Shown here piece after piece: positions 6,933 to 16,002 of a DNA stretch of 64,000 nt. Source of the DNA: Candidatus Bathyarchaeota archaeon (GTDB taxonomy: Archaea; Thermoproteota; Bathyarchaeia; Bathyarchaeales; Bathycorpusculaceae); the NCBI GenBank assembly GCA_963775895.1, contig CAVZKL010000009.1:1-64000 (forward strand), given 5' to 3'. The notes beneath the pieces are model-generated. The model did no database searches and had not been told where the DNA came from. It worked only from the letters and a program-made list of their open reading frames with translations. The position numbers and the translations under genes are program-made. Each line of letters starts with the position of its first letter. Position 1 is the stretch's first letter.

Positions 6933-7536
6933 TTGCCCAAGGAACTGAAGTTCGAAGCTCCGACGTGGAATCAGATATACGACATGCTGTTGAACCTGGC
7001 TGATAAAATCCGAAGCGGATGGCTTCAAGCCGGACATTATTGTCGGCATTTCAAGAGGAGGATGGCCACCAGCACGAGTCTTGTCTGACTTGCTAAGCAA
7101 TCCCAACTTGGCGAACGTCAGAGCAGAGTTCTATCTCGGTTTTGCAGAGACGAGAGACGAACCAAGTCTCACCCAGCCACTCTCGATTCACGCTGCCGAT
7201 AAGCGAATATTGATCGTGGATGAAGTCGCAGACACAGGGAAGAGCCTGCGCTTGGTGAAGAAACACGTCTGTGAACAAGGCGCAAAAGACTTGAAGATAG
7301 TGACCGTCTATTACAAACCATGGAGCATCGTCAGACCAGACTACTACGCGAAGGAGACGAGTGATTGGATAGTCTTTCCTTGGGAAATAAAGGAAACAAT
7401 CTGTAAAATCTTGAGAAGCTGCAGGAAAAACGGAGAGCCCTTTGAAAAAGAAACACAGAAGCTGGTCAAAGCGGGGATACCAGCCAAGCTAGTGAAACGT
7501 TTTGTGAAAGAAATCACTGAGGAAAATTATTGCTGA
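6933..7536 (+). CDS. Type I phosphoribosyltransferase (purine PRTase-like), frameshifted near 7014
   Basis: MPKELKFEAPTWNQIYDMLLNLADKIR, then in the +1 frame ADGFKPDIIVGISRGG...ILIVDEVADTGKSL...WIVFPWE. Confidence 0.85.
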
Positions 7537-8096
7537 AATTCATCGAGGAATTTCGCAGATACGCTGAAATCGCTGGCTTCAAGAACGTCAAGATAGGGAA
7601 CCCCAAGCGGTTTTTGCTCTCGTTTGAAGAACAAAAGCCGTCAAACGTGGATGTTCAATTTTTCGATGCCAATCGAGTTGCAACCTGGGAACACCTGTAC
7701 TTTGCGGCTTTGAACGCGCTGACAGCGTTCGAGACCCACAAGAATATTTCAAAGAGTCTTCCCATGGAGACTTTGCTTTACGCTGCGGCTGAGAAACAGA
7801 TAGTCAAGGCAACTGAACTCATGGGGATCAGATCAACCTCACGATGTATAGCGGTTTTAATTATGGGAAAACAGCTCAAGACAGTAAGATCAACATTATC
7901 GCTGATTTCAAAGTGCTTTGCTCAGCAACCAGAAGACGGAGTGCTCGAACTGTCTGAAGACAAAATGCCACTCATTCAAAGGATTTTCAACATTGGAAGC
8001 GCAGAGCTTCAAACAGTCATGCAAAACTGTGATGAGAAAAGAGCTCTGACCGATTTGGTCATTGAAATGATGGCTTTGTCGACTACCAAACGCTAA
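7530..8096 (+). CDS. cgi121: KEOPS complex subunit Cgi121
   Basis: VQFFDA..V....HL..A..NAL.AF...KNISKSL.ME.LLYAA...QI.KA pattern. Confidence 0.85.
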   Translation: MLKFIEEFRRYAEIAGFKNVKIGNPKRFLLSFEEQKPSNVDVQFFDANRVATWEHLYFAALNALTAFETHKNISKSLPMETLLYAAAEKQIVKATELMGIRSTSRCIAVLIMGKQLKTVRSTLSLISKCFAQQPEDGVLELSEDKMPLIQRIFNIGSAELQTVMQNCDEKRALTDLVIEMMALSTTKR

Positions 8097-8617
8097 AGGA
8101 CTTTCTCTTTGAGGACAGAAAGGATTTCATCAGGTTTTGCTACGCAAATTCCCGTCAACCGCCCCACCACTTCTATGAGCAGGATTTTGTCAGGATTTGA
8201 CAGATTCACCTTTCTCTTCACGTTCATTGCGGCAGCCTCAATGATGTCTTTGGAAGAAGTTGTCGTGAAACGTTTTTCAACAGTAACTCGGAAAGTCTCG
8301 TTATCCGCGATTTCTGAACTCATTTCCTTCACTGCACTCTGAATTTCTTCAATATCGGTGTGCACCACCCTCTCAACAGGAAGGACTCGAAGCAAAAAGC
8401 GAAACTCGTAGGGACGCGCCTGAAGGATTTCACGCAATTTCCTTATTGCTTCAGTGGATCGAATCGTTGTCTTGGCAACGACCACGCCGGAAATTCCTGT
8501 CCGATCTGCAAGCGCAGTCGGGTCGCCTATCTGTTCGAGAAGATAACGTAATTCTGAACGAGCTTGGCCCTCGGATCTCCGATACGTGGTTCCGATGAGG
8601 TTGAAGTCCTTCAGCAC
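8093..8617 (-). CDS. THUMP domain RNA-binding protein
   Basis: ETFRVTVEKR...KVNLSNPDKILLIEVVG; likely GTG start at 8617. Confidence 0.88.
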   Translation of the reverse strand: MLKDFNLIGTTYRRSEGQARSELRYLLEQIGDPTALADRTGISGVVVAKTTIRSTEAIRKLREILQARPYEFRFLLRVLPVERVVHTDIEEIQSAVKEMSSEIADNETFRVTVEKRFTTTSSKDIIEAAAMNVKRKVNLSNPDKILLIEVVGRLTGICVAKPDEILSVLKEKVL

Positions 8618-8861
8618 TGTACACACCACTGCCAGAGTTGTCACGCTGAAATTTAACCGTTTCAAACGTAAGCTCTGAAAAATCTGGTTTCAAGGGTCAG
8701 TGTGGATTTGGCTTTTTCATTGCTAGAAGCTCCCAGCCGTCGCCTCACATCATCCCATGAATAGTGTTCCATTGCAGAGATTTATCCATTTTGACGGTTC
8801 GAGGCGCTACGCTTAAATTTCGATTACTTGGCTAGCATATCAGACTTGAAGTGATAGAAAC

Positions 8862-9824
8862 TTGCCAGAAAAGCAGAAACCAGTAATAGTAGTACAGGGT
8901 GGCGCCGGGAGATGGCAGCCTGAACGCAATCAACCCGGCATATTAGGCGTCAAGAAAGCCGCTTCCGTGGGTTTCGATATTTTGAAGAAAGGCGGAGAAG
9001 CCCTCGACAGCGTGACAGAAGCAGTTGCCATACTGGAGGACGATGGAACCTTCAACGCAGGTTATGGGTCAAGTCTGAACGTTGACAAACAAGTTGAGAT
9101 GGAAGCCTCAATAATGGATGGGAAAAATCTGAAGGCTGGCGCAGTTGGACTCTTACGAGACATCAAGAATCCCGTCCGTCTGGCGAGGATCGTGATGGAA
9201 GATTCAGATCACGTTTTTGTCGTGGGAGAAGGAGCTGAGAAACTTGCCAGGCTGCACAACCTTCCGAGAAGAAATCCCGTAAGTGAGCTTAGACTTCGCT
9301 ACTATGAAGAACAGAAGAAAGCTTTACTGGAAGGCAGGTACGAGCTCCCGAAACTCGGCGAACTGGTGAGTAAGCACCCCGAACTCTTCAACCTTGAAAC
9401 CGTCGGATCAGTAGCGTTAGACAAGAACGGAAACGTGGCCGCCGCAACCTCAACTGGCGGCTTTCCCATGAAGCTTCCGGGCAGAATCGGGGATTCGCCT
9501 TTGATCGGATGCGGAACTTACGCGGACAACCGGGCTGGGGCCTGTTCCGCCACGGGTGTAGGTGAAATTGCCATTCGATTGGTCTTGTCAAAGACCGTCT
9601 GCAACTACATGGAAAGCGGAAAATCTGCAGAGAAGGCTGTTGAACTTGCGATCAAGATTGTGAACGACAGAATCAAAGCAGAATACAACGCGATGGGTTT
9701 GGTTGCCATCGACACCCAGGGCAGAATCGGGGCGGCGCACAACTCATCGAACATGTGCTGGGCATATTTGACACCGGATATGAAGGAGCCAATTGCTTCC
9801 TTGACTGGAAGAATCGTGAAATAA
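8862..9824 (+). CDS. iaaA: Isoaspartyl peptidase / type 2 L-asparaginase
   Basis: FNAGYGS, MEASIMDG, ETVGSVA nucleophile, ATSTGG, GRIGDSP, ATGVGE. Confidence 0.93.
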   Translation: MPEKQKPVIVVQGGAGRWQPERNQPGILGVKKAASVGFDILKKGGEALDSVTEAVAILEDDGTFNAGYGSSLNVDKQVEMEASIMDGKNLKAGAVGLLRDIKNPVRLARIVMEDSDHVFVVGEGAEKLARLHNLPRRNPVSELRLRYYEEQKKALLEGRYELPKLGELVSKHPELFNLETVGSVALDKNGNVAAATSTGGFPMKLPGRIGDSPLIGCGTYADNRAGACSATGVGEIAIRLVLSKTVCNYMESGKSAEKAVELAIKIVNDRIKAEYNAMGLVAIDTQGRIGAAHNSSNMCWAYLTPDMKEPIASLTGRIVK

Positions 9825-9951
9825 AGTCTTTGAAAGGACCATTCATTCAAAACTCATCGTTCGGTTCTCGACAATTGACGAATGACAATGTTTAAAGATT
9901 TCATGAGCGTCTCCACTCTACCTATTCGGAATGCGACGGAGGTGAAAACGA

Positions 9952-10029
9952 ATGGTGTTTGAGGAAGACTGGGAAGAAGAAGAGGAATGGGAAGAGGAAG
10001 AGGAAGACTGGGAAGAAGAGGAATGGTAG
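9952..10029 (+). CDS. 25-aa hyperacidic micro-protein MVFEEDWEEEEEWEEEEEDWEEEEW
   Basis: Perfect GGAGGTGA SD 6 nt upstream, TTTAAA box at 9891, T-rich tract downstream; mixed GAA/GAG codons. Confidence 0.7.
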   Translation: MVFEEDWEEEEEWEEEEEDWEEEEW

Positions 10030-10044
10030 GTTCAGCGTTAATCA

Positions 10045-10066
10045 CTCTTTTTTGTGTTTTTTTCTT
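10045..10066 (+). terminator. Oligo-T archaeal terminator after the acidic micro-ORF
   Basis: ctcttttttgtgtttttttcttt tract. Confidence 0.5.
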
Positions 10067-10156
10067 TGGCGACAGATCGGATAGAAACTTTGATCCTGTT
10101 TTTCAAGGTTCACATTTATAAACCACCATTAGCCAGCGTTCACTGTCGGATTGATA

Positions 10157-11950
10157 ATGACGAGAGTCGCTGTCCTAGACGCAGACAGGTGCAAACCAAA
10201 GCGTTGCAATCAGCTTTGTTACCGTTTTTGCCCAATCGTGCGCAGCAAAGTGGAAGCTATACGATTCGAAAACGAAAAAGCCATCATAGTTGAGTCGTTG
10301 TGCACAGGGTGTGGAATATGCGTTAAGAAGTGCCCTTTCAAGGCGATTTCCATTGTCAACCTGCCGGACGAGTTAGAAAAGGACTGCAGTCACCGGTTTG
10401 GAGAGAACAGTTTCAAACTTTTCAGGCTCCCCACGCCATCCCCTGGGACGGTTCTGGGTTTGCTCGGACAAAACGGCATAGGCAAAACAACCACCCTCAA
10501 AATCCTTTCAGGAGACGTGAAACTGAACCTCGGTGACTATCGGAACCCTCCAGACTGGACCGAGATAATCCAACATTTTAGAGGTTCAACGCTCCAAGAC
10601 TATTTCCTGAAAATGAGCGAGAACAAGCTCAAGATCTCACAAAAACCTCAGTACGTCGACAAGATTCCCAGAGCCGTGTCAGGAAATGCACGAGAACTCT
10701 TGGAAAAAGTGAATGAAAGAGGCACTCTTGACAAAGTGGCTGAACAGCTTGAACTCAAGCAGGTCTGGGACCGGTCGATCGATGTTCTCAGCGGCGGCGA
10801 ACTGCAAAGACTGGCTGTGGCTGCCACAATATGCCGTGAAGCGGATGTATATCTCTTCGATGAGCCCTCAAGCTACTTGGACGTGAAGCAGCGCCTCGTC
10901 GTAGCCAAGGCAATTAGAAGCCTCAAATCAGAACAGAAAATCGTCATCGTCGCCGAGCACGATCTAGCCATAATAGACTATCTGTCAGACCAAATCTGCG
11001 TTTTCTACGGAGAACCCGGTGTCTACGGCATAGTCTCAAACGTTCACGGAGTTAGAACCGGAATAAACATTTACCTTGAAGGCTACATCCCAGATGAGAA
11101 CGTTCGATTCAGAAAAGAACCGATAATCTTCCATGAAAAACCGCCCGCCCAAAGAGTGGAAGCAGGCGAAACGCTTCTACAATGGGACAAAATAGAGAAA
11201 ACGTTCAAAGGATTCAAGCTCACAGCCCACTCTGGAGAAATCAAGAGAGGAGAAATAATCGGAATTCTGGGTGCCAACGGCACCGGCAAAACCACATTTG
11301 TGAAGATTCTGGCTGGAATTGAAGAGCCTGACAACGAAAAGAAGTTTGGCCAGCTGAAGGTGAGTTATAAGCCTCAATACATTTCGGCGGAATATCAAGG
11401 GACAGTTCAAGAACTTCTCATGCATCTTGCAAAAGAGAACTTCGAATCAGGATGGTACAGAAGCGAGATTCTTCTGCCCCTGCGCATAAACACGTTACTT
11501 GACAGAGATGTGGCAGAACTCAGCGGTGGAGAACTTCAAAAAATAGCCATTGCAGCATGTCTGTCACAAAATGCTGAACTTTACCTGCTGGACGAGCCCA
11601 GCGCTTACTTGGACGTTGAGGAACGTCTGAACATGGCAAGGGCAATCAGAAGAGTTGTTGAAAGCCGCAATGTTACAGGCTTCGTCGTAGAACATGATGT
11701 TGTCACGCAGGACTTCATAGCCGACCATCTGATGATCTTCACAGGAAAACCCGGCGTAGAAGGCGTTGCTAACCAGCCTACAACTTTGAGGAAAGGAATG
11801 AACACGTTCCTGAAAGAGATGGAAGTTACTTTCAGAAGAGACCCGACCACCAAGAGACCGAGAGTGAACAAGGAAGGCTCGAAGCTTGACAAATTCCAAA
11901 AAGAAGTCGGAGAATACTATTACACACGCTTAGCGAAAGCAAAACACTGA
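10157..11950 (+). CDS. rli1: Ribosome recycling ATPase ABCE1/Rli1
   Basis: N-terminal double [4Fe-4S] domain, two ABC domains (LSGGELQ), TFRRD...RPRVNK. Confidence 0.97.
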   Translation: MTRVAVLDADRCKPKRCNQLCYRFCPIVRSKVEAIRFENEKAIIVESLCTGCGICVKKCPFKAISIVNLPDELEKDCSHRFGENSFKLFRLPTPSPGTVLGLLGQNGIGKTTTLKILSGDVKLNLGDYRNPPDWTEIIQHFRGSTLQDYFLKMSENKLKISQKPQYVDKIPRAVSGNARELLEKVNERGTLDKVAEQLELKQVWDRSIDVLSGGELQRLAVAATICREADVYLFDEPSSYLDVKQRLVVAKAIRSLKSEQKIVIVAEHDLAIIDYLSDQICVFYGEPGVYGIVSNVHGVRTGINIYLEGYIPDENVRFRKEPIIFHEKPPAQRVEAGETLLQWDKIEKTFKGFKLTAHSGEIKRGEIIGILGANGTGKTTFVKILAGIEEPDNEKKFGQLKVSYKPQYISAEYQGTVQELLMHLAKENFESGWYRSEILLPLRINTLLDRDVAELSGGELQKIAIAACLSQNAELYLLDEPSAYLDVEERLNMARAIRRVVESRNVTGFVVEHDVVTQDFIADHLMIFTGKPGVEGVANQPTTLRKGMNTFLKEMEVTFRRDPTTKRPRVNKEGSKLDKFQKEVGEYYYTRLAKAKH

Positions 11951-12041
11951 TCTAACATTAAGAAACACGAATGCCAGACAGCATTCCGTGGAGAATTCTT
12001 TAATAAAAGATCAATTGAAATCCTTGGCCTAGTGCAATCGA

Positions 12042-12473
12042 ATGAAAAAATCGTTTTTGCTTCGCAAAGAAGAACGGGTTCTGTTGGAAGAAGCCTTGAA
12101 GGCTATGAAAAAAGCACACGTACTTTGGGGCCTTGCGGTAGGTGCGGCTGTACTTGCTGAAGATGGAAATGTGTATGAAGGCTGCAACGTGGAGAGCTGG
12201 GTTTCAGGTATTGGTACTTGTGCTGAAAGATGCGCAATCGATCATGCGATTTTGCATGGCAACAAGAAGATCAGGCAGGTGGCCATCGTGATGGGAGCGG
12301 AAAGGCAGAAACCGCCCAGACCATGTGGGGCTTGTCTGCAGTATATCCACGACTTTGCGTTCAGCCCCGAGATAAAGATAATCATGGCACAGGCTAAGGG
12401 ACACAGAATCGTCCCTGACTCGGTTGACATTAAGACTCTTGCAGAGCTGTTGCCTTCTCCTTACGAAAAATGA
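12042..12473 (+). CDS. cdd: Cytidine deaminase
   Basis: VGAA, GCNVE, CAER, PCGAC. Confidence 0.88.
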   Translation: MKKSFLLRKEERVLLEEALKAMKKAHVLWGLAVGAAVLAEDGNVYEGCNVESWVSGIGTCAERCAIDHAILHGNKKIRQVAIVMGAERQKPPRPCGACLQYIHDFAFSPEIKIIMAQAKGHRIVPDSVDIKTLAELLPSPYEK

Positions 12474-12555
12474 CAAATCTGTGGTAGTTAAGTTAAAGAA
12501 CGAGCGGAGCATATCACACTGAATATTCCGTTTGGAGAAGGCTGGGAAGGCTTAA

Positions 12556-14079
12556 GTGGCTCAGACGTTTGAGGAAATCTCTGCTGCAGACTTTTTCTAC
12601 AGGAATAGAGACATCGCGGGCTTCACAAACCCGTCCAGAGCCATTTTCGTGGCGGTCAGAGAACTCGTGGAAAACTCGTTGGACGCCGCGGAAAGCCACA
12701 GAATACCTCCAGACGTTTATGTCCGCTTGTCCTACGAGGGAGAGGCAACTAAAGACACGCAGATTTACAAGTTGCGCGTCGAAGACAACGGCATCGGAGT
12801 CCCGCCGCGACATATACCGTCTGCTTTTGGACAGATTCTTTTCGGTTCAAAATACAAGCTGAAACAGCAACGAGGCACGTTCGGACTCGGCGGCAAAATG
12901 GCAATCCTCTACGGACAGATCACGACGCATCAGCCGGCAACGATCATCTCCAGCACGGGCATCTCGAAGACTTACATTTACAAGTTGATGATCGACATCC
13001 AGCGCAATCGTCCGCTCATTCTTGACCGAAAAGTGATAATAAACAAGGAAATGTGGCGAGGAACCATCGTTGAATTCACGCTTGAGGGCGACTATTTTAG
13101 GGCTATGCCCAAGATACTGGACTACTTCCAACAAACGGCCATGGTGAACCCATACGCAAACCTCACTTTTGTCGACCCCAAAGGCAGACTTTACGAGTTC
13201 ACCCGGGTTACCAAGGATATGCCAACTCCGCCCAAGGAGACCAGACCGCATCCTTACGGCGTGGACGTTGAACTGCTTCAGCGACTGATTCAAATAACGC
13301 CTTACAAGAACATGCTGGATTTTTTGAGGAATCATTTTCACCGAGTGGGAGACATCACCGCGCGGAAGTTCTTGGAGTTCAGCAATCTCGCTCCGTCTAA
13401 GAACCCCAAGAGACTCGATCACGAAGAGATCGTTAGGCTTATGCACATGCTGAAGAAGTTCAATGACTTTCTGCCTCCAGACGCAAGTTGTCTATCGCCT
13501 CTTGGCGAAGATCTGCTGAGAACAGGAATCCTGAAGGAACTAAAACCCGAGTTCGTGGCTGTTCACCAGCGCAAACCTGCAACGTATGCTGGGCATCCCT
13601 TTATCGTCGAAGTCGGCATAGCGTATGATGGTGAAATCCCGGCAAGAGGCAACTTTATCGTTTATCGTTTCGCTAACAGGATACCGCTCCTGTATGATGA
13701 AGCAAACGATGTTACACTCAGAGTCATACAAGCCATGAACTGGCGCAGGTACAGGGTTACGCCTGAGATGCCTGTTGCCATTCTTGTGCACATCTGCAGC
13801 ACCAAGGTTCCTTACAAGACCGTAGGCAAAGAGTTCATTGCTGACAGACCCGAGATCAGGAGGGAAATAGCCAATGGACTACGAGAAGTTGCCCGCCAAA
13901 TCCAGCTTTTCCTGTCAAAAAGGGAGCACGTGGACAAAGACAGGAAAAGGCTGGGAGTCTTCAGCAAGTATCTCCCGAGAATCGCGGAATTCTCAACTCA
14001 ATTAGCCAAAAAGAAACAGGTCCCTGACATTGAGAAGCTTCTTGCGAGTGTGAGAAAATATGGATCAGAAGAAGCGTAA
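12556..14079 (+). CDS. top6B: DNA topoisomerase VI subunit B
   Basis: RELVENSLDA, DNGIG, RFANRIPLLY, STKVPYK. Confidence 0.97.
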   Translation: MAQTFEEISAADFFYRNRDIAGFTNPSRAIFVAVRELVENSLDAAESHRIPPDVYVRLSYEGEATKDTQIYKLRVEDNGIGVPPRHIPSAFGQILFGSKYKLKQQRGTFGLGGKMAILYGQITTHQPATIISSTGISKTYIYKLMIDIQRNRPLILDRKVIINKEMWRGTIVEFTLEGDYFRAMPKILDYFQQTAMVNPYANLTFVDPKGRLYEFTRVTKDMPTPPKETRPHPYGVDVELLQRLIQITPYKNMLDFLRNHFHRVGDITARKFLEFSNLAPSKNPKRLDHEEIVRLMHMLKKFNDFLPPDASCLSPLGEDLLRTGILKELKPEFVAVHQRKPATYAGHPFIVEVGIAYDGEIPARGNFIVYRFANRIPLLYDEANDVTLRVIQAMNWRRYRVTPEMPVAILVHICSTKVPYKTVGKEFIADRPEIRREIANGLREVARQIQLFLSKREHVDKDRKRLGVFSKYLPRIAEFSTQLAKKKQVPDIEKLLASVRKYGSEEA

Positions 14080-15151
14080 GTTCACCATAAGTGAGAGAAA
14101 GAAAGAGGTTCTGAAGAGTCTTGAGAAACTTGGAATTGACATCTATGATCAACTTGACAAGAGCAATTTTCCGTCAATTGACATGCCGAGCCGTTCGACT
14201 GACAACATCATGTACGATGAAGCACTCAGGCAATTCATTCTGGGCGACAGAAGAGTCCGCAGAAGCGCGCGGAACATCAGCCACCTGAAGCCTTTCACAC
14301 AGTTGGTTTGGGCTGCCCTTTTCTCAAACGAGTTGTCTTCGCAGCGCAAGACTTCAACCTTGAGAGATGTCTACTACTCTGCCCAAGCTTACGAGATGAC
14401 TTTCAAGGATCAACAAGAATCAAACAACATCATAACCGACTTGGAGACGATTCTGGGCTTTTCCAGAGAGGACTTCAACATTTTCCCCGAAGAACGTTCA
14501 GCCGTGTTCGGCAATCTAACAATCGAGTACACCGTGCCAGGTTACGAAGGAAAAACCTTGGATTTGACGTCTCACCCAGACGGCGTTTTGATCGGCCCTG
14601 CCTTGACCTCGTCTGAATTTGTAAAAACCTCCGCAGACAAGGTGATAGCTATCGAGAAAGGCGGTTTGTTCACTCGATTCATCGAAGAAAACGTACATAA
14701 GAAATACAATTCCATCCTCGTTATGACCGCAGGACAGGCGCCGAGAGCGACTCGACACTTCATAAGAAGACTGAGCGAGGAGCTTAACCTTCCAGTCTAC
14801 ATCTTCACAGACGGCGACCCGTGGGGAATGCACATAGCCATGGTCATAATCTCAGGGTCGGCAAACGCTGCACACCTAAGAGAACTGAACACGCCTGACG
14901 CAAAATGGAGCGGAGTGTGGGCAACCGACATCGTAAATTACAAGCTGCCCACGGACCCACTTGATGATGTGGACATGAAGAGACTTTACGAACTGCAGAA
15001 AGACCCAAGATACAAAGATCCTCTGTGGCGAAGAGAAATAAAGACATTCATGAAAATAAAACGCAAGGCGGAACAAGAGGCTTTCAGCAGATACGGTTTA
15101 ACGTACATTGTTGATGAGTACTTACCTCAGAAACTTGAAGAAACGAAGTGA
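14060..15151 (+). CDS. top6A: DNA topoisomerase VI subunit A
   Basis: TLRDVYY, IEK, TDGDPWG, KAEQEA. Confidence 0.97.
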   Translation: MDQKKRKFTISERKKEVLKSLEKLGIDIYDQLDKSNFPSIDMPSRSTDNIMYDEALRQFILGDRRVRRSARNISHLKPFTQLVWAALFSNELSSQRKTSTLRDVYYSAQAYEMTFKDQQESNNIITDLETILGFSREDFNIFPEERSAVFGNLTIEYTVPGYEGKTLDLTSHPDGVLIGPALTSSEFVKTSADKVIAIEKGGLFTRFIEENVHKKYNSILVMTAGQAPRATRHFIRRLSEELNLPVYIFTDGDPWGMHIAMVIISGSANAAHLRELNTPDAKWSGVWATDIVNYKLPTDPLDDVDMKRLYELQKDPRYKDPLWRREIKTFMKIKRKAEQEAFSRYGLTYIVDEYLPQKLEETK

Positions 15152-15387
15152 TCAGTGCACATCATCGGATAATCATGGTCCCACACTAATCACAAATGAA
15201 AGGACCTAAAGTAGCGATTGGCGAACCAACGAAGACGAACTTCTAGACAACCGACGACAATGCAGATTCACCATACATTTCCTTGAAAAGCATGGAGAAA
15301 GCCCTTGGACTGCCATTGTTGCAGCGAAACCATAAAATAACTGTATATCGTTCTAAGTGCGGAGTATACCGCAAGGAATGGACTAAG

Positions 15388-15585
15388 ATGAGCGATGAAG
15401 GCAGTTTCGGACTAAATACAGCCGAGAAATTTTTCGGTCTTTTAATGTTAGCAGTAGGAATCATAGCGCTTTATTATACTCTTACGAGCGCTGGCACCCT
15501 GAAGATGTTCACCGATTTCTTTGGTCTCCTGAGCGTTCTGCTTATGGCCTTAGGGTTAGTCCTGATAATAGCCAAACCTGAGTAG
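15388..15585 (+). CDS. Small two-TM membrane protein
   Basis: MSDEGSFG... with two hydrophobic helices. Confidence 0.65.
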   Translation: MSDEGSFGLNTAEKFFGLLMLAVGIIALYYTLTSAGTLKMFTDFFGLLSVLLMALGLVLIIAKPE

Positions 15586-15906
15586 CTATTGCTCCCTTCT
15601 TTCAACGACTATCTTGCAGTTCGTAACCAGAGCAGCGATAACTCCGAGAACCGCCAGCCAAGGTGCGATAAAAACGCCTATCACACCTATCGTTGCAGGT
15701 ATCTCCAGGAGAACTCTACCGCTCATGTCTTTGATTATGACCCTAGTGACGTTTCCTTCGTGAAGCAGTTGCTTCACTCTATCGGTAAGGTTGTCAGCGG
15801 AAACCGTGAATTCTTCGCGTGTGATCTTGGCGACCTTTGCGCCGCAAGTCGTGCAGAACTTGTCTCCCTCGGCAAGTGGGGCTCCACATTTCCAGCAGTA
15901 GGACAC
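15586..15906 (-). CDS. Zinc-ribbon plus DUF4342-like protein
   Basis: YCWKCG...KFCTTCG, then VKQLLHEGNVTRVIIK...LEIPAT.G. Confidence 0.85.
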   Translation of the reverse strand: MSYCWKCGAPLAEGDKFCTTCGAKVAKITREEFTVSADNLTDRVKQLLHEGNVTRVIIKDMSGRVLLEIPATIGVIGVFIAPWLAVLGVIAALVTNCKIVVERREQ

Positions 15907-16002
15907 TTGTTTCGCCTCTTTAACTGAGGATTTATTAGGACAAGTATTTATTAAGCTTCAATGTGCCGCCTTGTTCACCGCAACTAACGGAGAAATGTTG
16001 AA

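Noticed and set aside
9854-10045. Pro/Leu-rich minus-strand ORF
   Set aside because: It is the antisense shadow of the acidic micro-ORF, which has the SD and terminator.
12847-13446. Long antisense ORFs (also 17188..17871, 20443..20988 and others)
   Set aside because: Shadows of conserved genes, with no recognisable motifs.
14264-14271. Shorter CG runs in core genes (also near 34382, 49531, 51490, 55272)
   Set aside because: At most 7 alternating bases, mostly inside coding sequence, and lacking TAG/CTA flanks.
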